Below, in pieces: positions 51,340-60,700 of a DNA stretch of 64,000 bases (positions within the stretch are counted from its first letter, which is position 1; every line of letters begins with the position of its first letter). Location of the stretch: the IMG/VR virus record IMGVR_UViG_3300043448_000423, positions 6,071 through 70,070 of that record. One strand, written 5' to 3'. Source of the DNA: a virus. The position numbers were made by a program, and so were the translations under genes. The notes under the pieces were generated by a model. The model did no database searches. It saw only the letters and a list, made by a program, of their open reading frames with translations, and had not been told where the DNA came from.

Positions 51340-51666
51340 ATGAAGCAACAACGAATGATGTGGCGCTGGTGGGCGAAAGCACTGGGGCAAAAAGCAAGCA
51401 ACAAAGACCACGAAGCAGATAAGGTTGCTATCATTCGCACCCTTATCTTTACTACATATCTTGTTACTAACTGTTTTATTGTAGCAGGTGTGATTCGACA
51501 CTGGAATGACGAACAAATCATTAACATTGAAATCTATGAAAATCCAACTTATTCAGAAGTCCTACACACAAAAGGATGGAACAATCTGGGAATGGGAAGA
51601 GACACCAGAATTGAGGGCATATATCACTCAGCAACAGTCAAAAATCGCAATGGTGAATTTGAATGA
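51340..51666 (+). CDS. Hypothetical membrane protein
   Basis: WRWWAKALG.KA..ADKVAIIRT..NCFIVAGVIRHW. Confidence 0.65.
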   Translation: MKQQRMMWRWWAKALGQKASNKDHEADKVAIIRTLIFTTYLVTNCFIVAGVIRHWNDEQIINIEIYENPTYSEVLHTKGWNNLGMGRDTRIEGIYHSATVKNRNGEFE

Positions 51667-51899
51667 ACCTCCCAAACGAGCATCCTGAAATCGCAGAACA
51701 TGAATGGATTGATGATACATTCCGCATTGAAGAAACTCGCTGGAAAACTTGGAAAAGTTTTCACAAAGATGGGAGAACACTCATCACCTCATTACAGCGA
51801 GACACTTGTATTAATGCAACCAGATTTTACCTTAAAGGATGCCAAGAAGGCTGGACTGCTACCACAACATACGAGGGAACAGTAGGTGGAAAACTCTAA
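51663..51899 (+). CDS. Hypothetical protein
   Basis: ATGA coupling; ends YEGTVGGKL. Confidence 0.65.
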   Translation: MNLPNEHPEIAEHEWIDDTFRIEETRWKTWKSFHKDGRTLITSLQRDTCINATRFYLKGCQEGWTATTTYEGTVGGKL

Positions 51900-52468
51900 A
51901 GAATACCCATACCATGTGCTAGATGAAACTACGCCATGGTATGAATTTTTGATGTATTGTGAGATATGTCATCAGTTGAATGTTCCTGGGCAACCATCGA
52001 TTGGTAGATATCACGCATATCGTAGATATCTCAAATACATGGGAATTATATAATTGTAACTTTTTGTTACATGAAAAAAAAGAGAATATTAAGAAATCCC
52101 CATTTGTGTGGATTTGCTGATAAATTACTATGGTAATCGCCAAAGAACTCCATGACCGACCAAGAATGGCAACAACTAGTAGAAATGAGAGAGTGTATCA
52201 TGACAAGTAATGGTATGCAAGCATTTGATGCTGAATATATGGATTCTTTCGCTCAGTTATTGGCTAAATCTTTACAGGGTAAAGGCAATGGAGTAGTTTC
52301 TGATGGAAATGAATGAACGATTAACATACCTTGAGAATCGTGTCAAGATACTTGAGGAAGAAAATGTAGAGACAACCAACGCATTGTATGAACTGGAGAA
52401 TCGTCTTCAGGCACAGATCGATGCGTTGATTAACTATACTATGATGAATAGATATTGGGAGGAACCTA

Positions 52469-52657
52469 ATGACGTATACTGAAGATTCTCTTAGAGTTAG
52501 TGAAAATGATGATGGCACACTTGCTATTGAATGGGATCCAAACGACCCCAAATATGCAATTTTTAATAGTATGACACAAGATGAATTGCAAGATTATATT
52601 ACCAAAGCATTAGAACAATTCATCGCAGAACATGAATCAAACTATTCAGGATCTTAA
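52469..52657 (+). CDS. Hypothetical protein
   Basis: GGAGG SD; ENDDGTLAIEWDPNDP. Confidence 0.7.
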   Translation: MTYTEDSLRVSENDDGTLAIEWDPNDPKYAIFNSMTQDELQDYITKALEQFIAEHESNYSGS

Positions 52658-52961
52658 ATACATGGCACAATACAGTGATGAAGTTCTTATGAAAATGGAA
52701 TACGATGCCATGAAGAAAGAGCGTGATTCTTGGCGTCGTAACTTTGAAGAACTCAAAATTAAATACGAAGAACTTCAAAATCTATTTGTAGAGACAGATG
52801 ATGAACTCAATGAGTATCGTGATAAATTTGTCAATGAAGCTATTCAGCATGAGTATTTGAAGAACGATTATGAATATCTTCAGCAGGATATGTTGGAAGT
52901 TAAGTCACGCTTATCGGTCGTTGAGGCATTCATGAGAAACACTAATGGGTGGAGTGCTTGA
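52632..52961 (+). CDS. Coiled-coil hypothetical protein
   Basis: Heptad-rich ORF. Confidence 0.65.
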   Translation: MNQTIQDLKYMAQYSDEVLMKMEYDAMKKERDSWRRNFEELKIKYEELQNLFVETDDELNEYRDKFVNEAIQHEYLKNDYEYLQQDMLEVKSRLSVVEAFMRNTNGWSA

Positions 52962-53000
52962 CACGCCACCTGTTTCCATGTATATTACATAGGTAATCGA
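52958..53000 (+). promoter_or_regulatory. Early promoter cassette
   Basis: TTGACA-N17-TATATT-ACATAGGTAATCGA. Confidence 0.8.
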
Positions 53001-53011
53001 CGGAACGCCAA

Positions 53012-53401
53012 GTGACTGCCACCTTCGCTGACTTTCAAGCAGAGCAAGATGCTCGCAACACTCTGTATCTGAATGTTGTAAAGTATGGTATGATGCTGTG
53101 TGATGCTCTCCAGCAGGATTTCCAGAAGCGTAACTATGCTTATCGTGCTGGTCTTCCTCACTCTAACTATTCTTACGAACTGGATTCTTCGGGTCGTAAG
53201 TATCACAAAATCTTTATGTGCATCAATGGCAAGCGTGATAGCATTCATGCTTTTATTGACAAGAAAACTGGTGAACTCTACAAACCTGCTAGTTTGAAAG
53301 CACCTGCCAAAGGTGTTCGTTATGATCTGCGCCTGATCAAAGATCGTGAATGGTTGTTTGAAAATGCCGATTGGGCTGGTTCTTATCTGTACGCTCGCTG
53401 A
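53012..53401 (+). CDS. Conserved phage early protein
   Basis: GRKYHKI..SIHAFIDKKTGELYKPAS.KAPAKGVRY..DWAGSYLY. Confidence 0.8.
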   Translation: MTATFADFQAEQDARNTLYLNVVKYGMMLCDALQQDFQKRNYAYRAGLPHSNYSYELDSSGRKYHKIFMCINGKRDSIHAFIDKKTGELYKPASLKAPAKGVRYDLRLIKDREWLFENADWAGSYLYAR

Positions 53402-53408
53402 TTAAATC

Positions 53409-53549
53409 ATGACATACGTTGTTAAACTCTACGTTGGTGGTAAAGTGTTTGAAGAAGAAGTGCAGGCAACCAATTCACAAGATGCTCGGCAAACTGCACT
53501 TGCTCGCAATCCAAAAGCAAAGGTAGTGGGAGTTAATGTGAGGTTCTGA
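53409..53549 (+). CDS. Small hypothetical protein
   Basis: MTYVVKLYVGGKVFEEEVQA..ARNPKAKVVGVN, 46 aa. Confidence 0.6.
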   Translation: MTYVVKLYVGGKVFEEEVQATNSQDARQTALARNPKAKVVGVNVRF

Positions 53550-53553
53550 ATCG

Positions 53554-53623
53554 ATAAGCAACGCTGATCGATCAACCCCTTGACTCCAGCGCCCAAATCC
53601 AGTATATTACATAGGTAATCGAG
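53554..53623 (+). promoter_or_regulatory. Early promoter cassette with upstream ATAAG-N5-CTGAT box
   Basis: ATAAGCAACGCTGAT-N11-TTGACT-N17-TATATT-ACATAGGTAATCGAG. Confidence 0.8.
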
Positions 53624-53633
53624 AGACGCCCCG

Positions 53634-53852
53634 ATGGTCTTCCACTACGTCACCAACTGGAAAGAAGGCACTGTTCGTCAAATGTTCATTCAGCAAGTGA
53701 CTCCTGAATGGCAAGAATGTGACCACAAATACGTTGCTGTTGCTCTCAATCCTGACAACAACACCAGCATGGTGATGTCTAAACCTCGCAGTCACTATGA
53801 TACTCTTCAGTGGGTTCGTAAGTTCTGTGGTTCTTTCTCTCTGCTCTACTGA
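53634..53852 (+). CDS. Hypothetical protein
   Basis: Directly behind a promoter cassette. Confidence 0.7.
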   Translation: MVFHYVTNWKEGTVRQMFIQQVTPEWQECDHKYVAVALNPDNNTSMVMSKPRSHYDTLQWVRKFCGSFSLLY

Positions 53853-53943
53853 TGGATGTAGTTAATCTTTCTGTTCTCGCCACCTTCATTCTTTTAGTTG
53901 GTGGCATCGTATTCTTTTTCAAAGCAATTTACCGCTGAACATC

Positions 53944-54336
53944 ATGGCAACTCGCTCTCGCATTGGCATTCAACTCGCTGACGAATCTGTACTGTCAGTG
54001 TATCATCATTGGGATGGTTATCCCGAATGGTTGGGACGTATTCTGAAGACGCATTACAACACCAAAGATAAAGTTGCTGAACTGATTGATGGTGGTGACA
54101 TGAGCACTTGCTGGAACGATAATAACAAACCTGAATATTATACTGATCGTGGCGAAGAGTTTATTCCTCCTCGCCTTGATGAAAACAAATACGATTATCT
54201 TGGTAACAACAACTCTGGCGAAGAGTATGCTTACCTGTTTGTAAATGGTGACTGGGTGTGCTATAATCTTCATCTGTTTGAAGAGAACACTATGCCCACT
54301 ATTGCTGAAATCCCTACTGGAGCACTCGCATGTTGA
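53944..54336 (+). CDS. Conserved phage protein (MATRSRIG..YHHWDGYP type)
   Basis: TRSRIG..SVYHHWDGYPEWLG..GGDMS..EEYAYLF. Confidence 0.8.
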   Translation: MATRSRIGIQLADESVLSVYHHWDGYPEWLGRILKTHYNTKDKVAELIDGGDMSTCWNDNNKPEYYTDRGEEFIPPRLDENKYDYLGNNNSGEEYAYLFVNGDWVCYNLHLFEENTMPTIAEIPTGALAC

Positions 54337-54539
54337 ATGAAGAAGTAATTGATGTAGTATCCGAAGAAGTTGTTGAACAGGAACCTGAACAACCAACTCT
54401 TCAAACTTATCTCGATGAGTATCGTGAATATAAACGTACTCAACGCAAGATGAAACAACTTAAGCAACAGATTCAAAACAACATCAAATCCCAACGTGGA
54501 TTTGGTTATACCTACAAGGAGATTTCTTATGACTCGTAA
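54330..54539 (+). CDS. Hypothetical protein
   Basis: GGAG SD, tiling. Confidence 0.55.
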   Translation: MLNEEVIDVVSEEVVEQEPEQPTLQTYLDEYREYKRTQRKMKQLKQQIQNNIKSQRGFGYTYKEISYDS

Positions 54540-54936
54540 TTCTGGTTTTATTGACCCCACTGGTGTATTTGTTGTGCTTAGTGTGGGTGCATTTGCTGCA
54601 ATTCTGTTTATTGGTGGACCACAATATAATGTGTGGCAACAATCTCTTGCTGGTAAAGCAGAACTGCAAAAGGCAGAATATACTCGTCAGGTAGCAGTGT
54701 TGGAAGCACAAGCAAAGAAAGATTCTGCATCACAGCTTGCTGATGCTGAAATCATCCGCGCTCAAGGTGTTGCCAAAGCAAATCAAATCATCGGTGATTC
54801 GCTGAAAGATAACCGTGAGTATCTTCAGTATCTGTATATCACTGGTCTGGAAGAAGGATCAAACAAAGGTAACGTGACCATCTACGTTCCTACTGAAGGT
54901 GGAATGCCTGTTCCCACACTTTCGATGAATAAGTGA
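54529..54936 (+). CDS. Membrane-anchored coiled-coil protein (SPFH/band-7 tail-like)
   Basis: AAGGAG SD; TM helix then AE/AQ-rich coil (AEIIRAQGVAKANQII), IYVPTE. Confidence 0.65.
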   Translation: MTRNSGFIDPTGVFVVLSVGAFAAILFIGGPQYNVWQQSLAGKAELQKAEYTRQVAVLEAQAKKDSASQLADAEIIRAQGVAKANQIIGDSLKDNREYLQYLYITGLEEGSNKGNVTIYVPTEGGMPVPTLSMNK

Positions 54937-54945
54937 TACATGGGG

Positions 54946-54974
54946 TTGCCAGATCCCCTCAAAACTGGTATAAT
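54946..54974 (+). promoter_or_regulatory. sigma70-type promoter
   Basis: TTGCCA-N17-TATAAT. Confidence 0.7.
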
Positions 54975-54998
54975 AACTTCATTCAATCTATTTGACAC

Positions 54999-56051
54999 AT
55001 GACGACAACTTTTGAAATTCAAGACATTGAAGACGCTCTGCAATATGTTTGTCAATACTTTGATGAAAAGCTGATGGATCCCGAGAACTGGACTTTTCCA
55101 GTTACTGACAAAGGCATTCCTGGTGTTGAGATTATCAAGAAAGAATACGGACTTTGGAAAAACGTTGTAAAACAAAATAACATCGGACGCTATCTTGGCA
55201 CGGACCAAAAGAAAGTGACCTTGATTAAGGAAGATATTGAACAGAATGGTATTGATTGTACTCAACCACCTGCTTATGTCGATATTGATACTGGTGACGT
55301 TGTTACTGGTGGACACCGTTATGATGCCTGTTCATATCTCGGAATTCCTGGTTATATGTTTGTCTTTGTTCGTTGCGAAAACGAATGGGCTCGTAAACGT
55401 TTTGCCAAAGCACTGAACAACGAGCGTGTGTTTCACGCAACTCTCAACAACGAAGATGAAGTGATTGAGCACATCAAATTTGGTGTTGCTGCTGGTGAAA
55501 TTATCTGCCAACAACAAATTGAAGATGAAATTCGTTTGATTGCTAACAACTCTCTCAGTAAAACTGTGCAGGGTCGTTTGGTGAAGGAAATGATTAGTTT
55601 TATTCACAACAGTGGCAATACTACTGTGAAACTGGAACGTTTCACTGCACATAACGAAAAAACATATGAGGAGTTCGTTGAGCGTTCTACTGACCCATAT
55701 GTGAAGAACGTACTTCACAATCCTGATGTGCGTAACTATTACATCAACATGGATAACTGGGGTTCTCGTACTAATCCTCTGATTACTGAAGCAGCAAAAA
55801 CTCCTCTCGATTCTTGGATGAATATTCAAGCATCTGTTGCTCTCCCCTCTCGTATTGAATCTCTTGATGTGAAGCGTGAGAAAGTGCATAGTGTAGCACT
55901 TGCTAATCTTGAATCTGCACTTGATAAAGTGTTTATTTACAAGGTAACGAATGGATGCTATCCATGGAAGCATTCTAAGTGTCAACATGCTTTTCTTGCA
56001 CAAGATCACCACCAAGAAGAAGTGCAAGCAGGACAATTTATCACCCTGTAA
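54999..56051 (+). CDS. ParB/Srx-like N-terminal domain protein
   Basis: IKEDIEQNG....PP..V.....VVTGGHRYDAC..LG resembles the ParB-N G(H)R motif. Confidence 0.6.
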   Translation: MTTTFEIQDIEDALQYVCQYFDEKLMDPENWTFPVTDKGIPGVEIIKKEYGLWKNVVKQNNIGRYLGTDQKKVTLIKEDIEQNGIDCTQPPAYVDIDTGDVVTGGHRYDACSYLGIPGYMFVFVRCENEWARKRFAKALNNERVFHATLNNEDEVIEHIKFGVAAGEIICQQQIEDEIRLIANNSLSKTVQGRLVKEMISFIHNSGNTTVKLERFTAHNEKTYEEFVERSTDPYVKNVLHNPDVRNYYINMDNWGSRTNPLITEAAKTPLDSWMNIQASVALPSRIESLDVKREKVHSVALANLESALDKVFIYKVTNGCYPWKHSKCQHAFLAQDHHQEEVQAGQFITL

Positions 56052-56058
56052 TGATTTG

Positions 56059-56113
56059 ATAAGCAACGCTAATGGGCAGGGGTCTTGACGGCTCCTGCCT
56101 TTTCCTGTATATT
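56059..56113 (+). promoter_or_regulatory. Early promoter with upstream ATAAG-N5-CTAAT box
   Basis: ATAAGCAACGCTAAT-N11-TTGACG-N17-TATATT. Confidence 0.8.
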
Positions 56114-56136
56114 ATATCTGTTGAAACGAACTGGTT

Positions 56137-57393
56137 ATGACTCTTCGCCTTCGCTCTCACCAACCTCGCACCATTGCTGCCATGCAGAGCGCCTGCAAGG
56201 GCATCGTAATTCAACCTACGGGTGCTGGCAAGACACTGGAGCAAATTCTGCACTTGCAGGGTCTTCTGGATGCCTCTGAGCGTGGTCTGACTGCTGTTAT
56301 CGTTGCCCCTCGTATTCTGCTCGCTGAGCAACTGTGCTCTGAGTATCTTGAGGTGATTGATACCAAGAACGTTCACATTCTGCACGTTCACAGTGGTGAA
56401 ACTCATCACTTTAGCAGCACCAAATCTGATACGATTGCACTGTATAATAATACTGCTCGTGCTGCTGGTGAGTCCTGCTTGATCTTCACCACCTATCATT
56501 CTCTGCACCGTATTGTAGAGGCAGGTATTGACATTGATGTTGCTTACTTCGATGAAGCACACAATGCTACCAGCAAGCAATTCTTTCCTAAAACTGCACT
56601 GGTATCTGAAATGGCAGACAACTGCTATTTCTTCACTGCAACTCCTCGTCATTCCAAGAATCCTAAGGGTCGTGGCATGAATAACAAACTGGTGTTTGGT
56701 GATGTGATTGAGATCACTCCTGCACAGGAACTGATTGAATCGGGCAGCATCATTCCTCCTTCGATTGTTATTCACGAACAGCCCGCAGTTGCTCGCACCA
56801 AAGCAAATGCTGCTGACTGCGATGCTAACACTGTGCTGGAGATTGTAGACAATCTTGATGCTGAATCTGGTCAGAAAGTGCTGGTAGCAGCACCTAGCAG
56901 CAAAATCATTTGGAATATGGTTGCTGCTACTTCTATGCTGCAGGAACTGTCTGAGCGTGGATATGATGTGATGCACATCACTGCTAAGCACGGTGCATAT
57001 GTCAACAAGCAGAAAGTGAACCGTGAGGTATTCTTTGACACGCTGACTGCGTGGGGCAAGGATCCCAATCGTAAGTTTGTGGTGTTTCACTATAGCATTC
57101 TCAGCGAGGGTATCAATGTGCCTGGTCTGACGCATTGTGTGCTGCTGCGTAACCTCAACATCGTAGAGATGGCACAAACCATTGGTCGTGTAATCCGCAT
57201 GAATGTGGATGATGCGCGTGATATTGCGGAAGGCAAACTCACTGCTGGTGATCTGGGTAACTATCGCAAACCGTTTGGTTTCGTGACTGTGCCTATCTAC
57301 GGCAACTATGGTGCTCAAATTCAGAAGCGTCTGCAGAATGTTGTTGATGCTATCTTCGTCAAAGGTGTGCCGCCGACCTCTATTATTGCATGA
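56137..57393 (+). CDS. Superfamily 2 DEAH-box helicase (ResIII-like)
   Basis: LRSHQ, PTGAGKT, APRILLAEQ, TTYHSL, FDEAH, FTATP, LSEGINVP, QTIGRVIR. Confidence 0.92.
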   Translation: MTLRLRSHQPRTIAAMQSACKGIVIQPTGAGKTLEQILHLQGLLDASERGLTAVIVAPRILLAEQLCSEYLEVIDTKNVHILHVHSGETHHFSSTKSDTIALYNNTARAAGESCLIFTTYHSLHRIVEAGIDIDVAYFDEAHNATSKQFFPKTALVSEMADNCYFFTATPRHSKNPKGRGMNNKLVFGDVIEITPAQELIESGSIIPPSIVIHEQPAVARTKANAADCDANTVLEIVDNLDAESGQKVLVAAPSSKIIWNMVAATSMLQELSERGYDVMHITAKHGAYVNKQKVNREVFFDTLTAWGKDPNRKFVVFHYSILSEGINVPGLTHCVLLRNLNIVEMAQTIGRVIRMNVDDARDIAEGKLTAGDLGNYRKPFGFVTVPIYGNYGAQIQKRLQNVVDAIFVKGVPPTSIIA

Positions 57394-57687
57394 GTGTCAA
57401 GGGGGCAGCAGCATGACCTGTTGCCCCCTCCTCGCAGCCAAATCATCGAAAAATACCAAAGTATAAAACAACGCCTATGATTACCAAAGATGGATATGCA
57501 GCAGTGCCCTGGTATGGCACGAAATACGTTATACTTTACAATGGAGAGCAAATCGCGGATGCTGACACGGCAGAGGACGCCGTGGCCTACATACGAAATC
57601 AACAAAAAATCACGAAAACCAATGGCAAGGGGCGCTTGCGTTTTGACGCCTGATGCCCTACAATATCCAAGCAAGCGACGCCACCCC

Positions 57688-58218
57688 ATGACTGCCAGCA
57701 ATTTCACCTGCTCCTGCTGCAACACTATCAAACCAGACAATGAGTTTATTCTTTCTAAGTTTGGTTTTCCGTTGATTTCTGTTTGCAACACATGTTCAGA
57801 TGAGCATTTCATTGAGAAGGTAGATTGCACTTGTTCAGTATGTAAGAGGAAGCTGCCATCAGAGTATTTTCAACACTATCGCACACGTTTCAAAAAGAAT
57901 GGTATGCGGTTGCGTGTAAATACAAATTGTAAGGATTGCTCTAGTAAAGAATCTTCAATTGTATCAAAATTGAAGAAAGACAATCCCGCACCAGAGTATT
58001 TGACACCATGCCCTCAGTGTAATAAAATTTGCTATGAAAAGGTAGAAGATATTCCAGAGGGTGTGGATGGCACAAATGGTCCGTGGCAATGTGATCATGA
58101 TCATAAAACAAAAGAGTTTCGTGGGTATCTTTGCAAGCGTTGTAATACTGGTACTGGATTGATTGGCGACAATGTAGAGTATTTTCAAATGGCTGTCAAG
58201 AATAAAAAGGTAAAATAA
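57688..58218 (+). CDS. Zn-finger plus endonuclease VII-type HNH nuclease (possible free-standing homing endonuclease)
   Basis: Multiple CxxC pairs; CDHDHKTKEFRGYLCKRCNTGTGLIGDN EndoVII motif; probable ATG at 57688. Confidence 0.82.
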   Translation: MTASNFTCSCCNTIKPDNEFILSKFGFPLISVCNTCSDEHFIEKVDCTCSVCKRKLPSEYFQHYRTRFKKNGMRLRVNTNCKDCSSKESSIVSKLKKDNPAPEYLTPCPQCNKICYEKVEDIPEGVDGTNGPWQCDHDHKTKEFRGYLCKRCNTGTGLIGDNVEYFQMAVKNKKVK

Positions 58219-58236
58219 TGAGCGAACTGTGTAACC

Positions 58237-58305
58237 ATAAGCAACATTAATCAATGAATGCTTGACACAGCACCCCTGAGCATCTATACTACATAGGTAA
58301 TCGAG
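58237..58305 (+). promoter_or_regulatory. Early promoter cassette with upstream ATAAG-N5-TTAAT box
   Basis: ATAAGCAACATTAAT-N10-TTGACA-N17-TATACT-ACATAGGTAATCGAG. Confidence 0.8.
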
Positions 58306-58313
58306 ACACAGCG

Positions 58314-58574
58314 ATGCAAACGCCTCAACTCACCAGCAAAGATGGTAACATGGTTGTTGATTACTATCCTGTAAAAACTCCCTACGGTGATATTTCCACC
58401 AACTGGGTATTTCGGATGGTAACATTCATGCCACACGGTCAGGTCTCCAAAAAGTTTCTGAATCGTGTAGAATTGATCCTGGATATTCGTGAGCGTCTTG
58501 CTTACGGTTATACTCAAACCCGTGACAATTCTAATCTGCCTCAACTTGGTAATCCTTTTCATGGTGCTTGCTGA
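58314..58574 (+). CDS. Hypothetical protein
   Basis: Directly behind a promoter cassette. Confidence 0.7.
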   Translation: MQTPQLTSKDGNMVVDYYPVKTPYGDISTNWVFRMVTFMPHGQVSKKFLNRVELILDIRERLAYGYTQTRDNSNLPQLGNPFHGAC

Positions 58575-59013
58575 TGAAACCTACTTACATTTTCCTTGCC
58601 TTTATTGGCATTTTGATGTATAATGTCTTTCTCATTCAACGTGATCAAAAACTCTTTGATGCCTACGATCAAGCGTGTGCTTCACTTCCTCAACCTCACC
58701 CCGATTGTCGCTATGCAAAATAACAATATGGATGATATTCTGCTTGACATCGATGAGTATCGTGAAAAAGAATTGATTGATTATTACGTTGAAGATCTTG
58801 AGCGTCTTGCTGCAGAAGCAGAAGTCACTGTAGATTATTACATTGCAGAGTTCACATGACACCATCACTTACAATTCCACATCTGCTGTATGAAGAACTC
58901 ATCATGCTGCAAGATATTATGGTGATGCTTGATAGCTCTGACTTTGCATCAAACCTTGATCCAACAGAGCGTGAAATCTTCACTGATCTCTACAATAAGA
59001 TTATCACATCATA

Positions 59014-59214
59014 ATGGAAAAACTCTCACACTGCCCAGCATGTAATACGTTGTGGCATACAATTCCTATTCCTGAACACCTTCATCACAACTACTCTCCA
59101 CCCTATTTCTATTCTCGCGTGATTGCTCTACAATCATGGGAAACAGACAAAACACACTCATATCATTGCCCTGAGTGTGGCACAATTTTCAACCTTGACG
59201 GTACACCACAATGA
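59014..59214 (+). CDS. Small Zn-ribbon protein
   Basis: CPAC...CPEC. Confidence 0.65.
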   Translation: MEKLSHCPACNTLWHTIPIPEHLHHNYSPPYFYSRVIALQSWETDKTHSYHCPECGTIFNLDGTPQ

Positions 59215-59322
59215 TTACTACTATTATGGCTGGATTTGCTTTTGGTTATTGTGTAATGGACATCATTCGCAATTATCAATCAGAGCAACGTATCAATGAA
59301 TTTATGAAGGAGTTTAACAATC

Positions 59323-59526
59323 ATGATTGATCTACAACCACTCACTGACAACTCATACAAAGTTGTTATTCAATCCGATGATCTTACAGAAGAAGATCGT
59401 ATTAAACTACTAAGGAAACGTGATCTATTCCCTGCTGAGTTTGTGCATATGCTGATTGATCTTATTCCAACACACCAAACATTTGATCAATATGATCATT
59501 ACAATATGACACTCTATGTTAGATAA
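59323..59526 (+). CDS. Hypothetical protein
   Basis: AAGGAG SD. Confidence 0.6.
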   Translation: MIDLQPLTDNSYKVVIQSDDLTEEDRIKLLRKRDLFPAEFVHMLIDLIPTHQTFDQYDHYNMTLYVR

Positions 59527-59737
59527 AGAATCACAATACAATGACCTCATTGACTGGGCGGGTAATCGTATAGATTATCTGCTCAGTCGTTCTCGTGCAT
59601 GTAAAAACAAAACATTAAAAGCAAAGCATAGATTGAATGCACAAGCACTAGAAGAAGAGTATTTTGAATGGTTTCATGCTAGACATTCATATACTAAATC
59701 AAATGTGTTATTCATACCATATCATAAGATAGTATAG
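59516..59737 (+). CDS. Hypothetical protein
   Basis: Overlaps previous ORF and ends at the non-coding region. Confidence 0.55.
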   Translation: MLDKESQYNDLIDWAGNRIDYLLSRSRACKNKTLKAKHRLNAQALEEEYFEWFHARHSYTKSNVLFIPYHKIV

Positions 59738-59796
59738 TTTTCCACAGAGTTGTGGAAAAAATGGTATAGTTTTCCACAGATTAAAAATGTGTAAAA
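59738..59796. promoter_or_regulatory. DnaA-box cluster 1
   Basis: TTTTCCACA at 59738 and 59770, TGTGGAAAA at 59751, variant TGTGTAAAA at 59788. Confidence 0.65.
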
Positions 59797-59929
59797 AAAT
59801 AGTATTTGGTTTTCTATGTGCCTTGTAGAATGTGTCTACAAATGGTCTGATGTTTCTGTGAAAGGTCTCAGAATGTTCAGAGTTGTTGTTGTCTTAGCAC
59901 GCGACCTACCGAGTTGTCAAGCTTTGTCA

Positions 59930-60070
59930 GAAAACCCAAAAATCTCAAAAATCTCAAAATCTCAAAAACGCCAAAACTGAGATTTCTGTATTTCCAAGGG
60001 TTTTTGAGGTTTTTTGAGTTTTTAAAATCTTAATTTTTGTAGTTTTTGAGATTTTTGAGATTTTTGAGGA
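59930..60070. repeat. Tandem AAAATCTC units facing inverted GAGATTTTT units (phased A/T tracts)
   Basis: aaaaatctcaaaaatctcaaaatctcaaaa ... tttttgagatttttgagatttttgag. Confidence 0.8.
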
Positions 60071-60130
60071 TTTATAATTATAACTTATCTTATAACTTAT
60101 CTATTATAAGGATTACTAATCTGAAAAACC

Positions 60131-60173
60131 TTGACAAACCATCGAAACCATTGTATTATTACTAAGTAATCGA
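60131..60173 (+). promoter_or_regulatory. Early promoter
   Basis: TTGACA-N17-TATTAT-TACTAAGTAATCGA. Confidence 0.75.
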
Positions 60174-60186
60174 TCAAAACAATCGA

Positions 60187-60447
60187 ATGACTGTCAAAAA
60201 CTACCAAGAAATTCCTAGTTCTGCTATTGATTCTGTTGAAATCAATACTGATAATAACACTGTATTGATTCAATATAAGTCCAGTTCTAAGAACTATACT
60301 TATAGTGTTGAGAATGCTGAGCAATTTGAACAGCAATTCTTGGCAGAAATTCCTTTCAGTGATTCTCCTGAAGAGGATGATAAATCGGTTGGTGCATTTA
60401 TCAATCAGAGTGTGCAGAATGGCGTTCTGCAACTCCTGAAAGATTAA
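60187..60447 (+). CDS. KTSC-like domain protein
   Basis: SSAIDSVEI....TVLIQYKSS.K.YTY...SVGAFIN resembles the KTSC pattern. Confidence 0.6.
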   Translation: MTVKNYQEIPSSAIDSVEINTDNNTVLIQYKSSSKNYTYSVENAEQFEQQFLAEIPFSDSPEEDDKSVGAFINQSVQNGVLQLLKD

Positions 60448-60527
60448 TACCACGACTAAATACGTTTGTCAAGGGGGAAACCCCTTACAGACGATTCTAG
60501 ACACCTCTCAGAGAACATTTCGAACCA

Positions 60528-60692
60528 ATGGCTAAAGCAAAGGGAAACAACTTCAAAGAATTCTACAACGATTTCGATGAATTTGATGAGCAAGATGTAG
60601 AATACCAGTATGGCGTGAAAGTACAAAACAAGGGAAGGACACCAAAGAAACAGAAAAAGATTAAATTCGACGGCGACGATATCCAATGGTAG
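60528..60692 (+). CDS. Small hypothetical protein
   Basis: MAKAKGNNFKEFYNDFDEFDEQD..KTPKKQKKIKF-like 54-aa ORF. Confidence 0.55.
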   Translation: MAKAKGNNFKEFYNDFDEFDEQDVEYQYGVKVQNKGRTPKKQKKIKFDGDDIQW

Positions 60693-60700
60693 CATAAAAG

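Noticed and set aside
52055-52071. TGTAAC-N5-GTTACA palindrome as an NtcA box
   Set aside because: Spacing is GTA-N9-TAC rather than the canonical N8; single occurrence
55332-57318. 244-aa and 425-aa minus-strand ORFs
   Set aside because: Antisense shadows of the ParB-like and helicase genes; the plus strand has clear motifs and promoters
57490-57687. N-terminal extension of the HNH ORF in the ORF track
   Set aside because: Contains promoter-like sequence; ATG at 57688 directly precedes the first CxxC and is the more plausible start
59930-60070. Short repeats as a CRISPR array
   Set aside because: Units are 8-9 bp with no unique spacers; the Cas4-like gene at 866 is the usual stand-alone phage exonuclease
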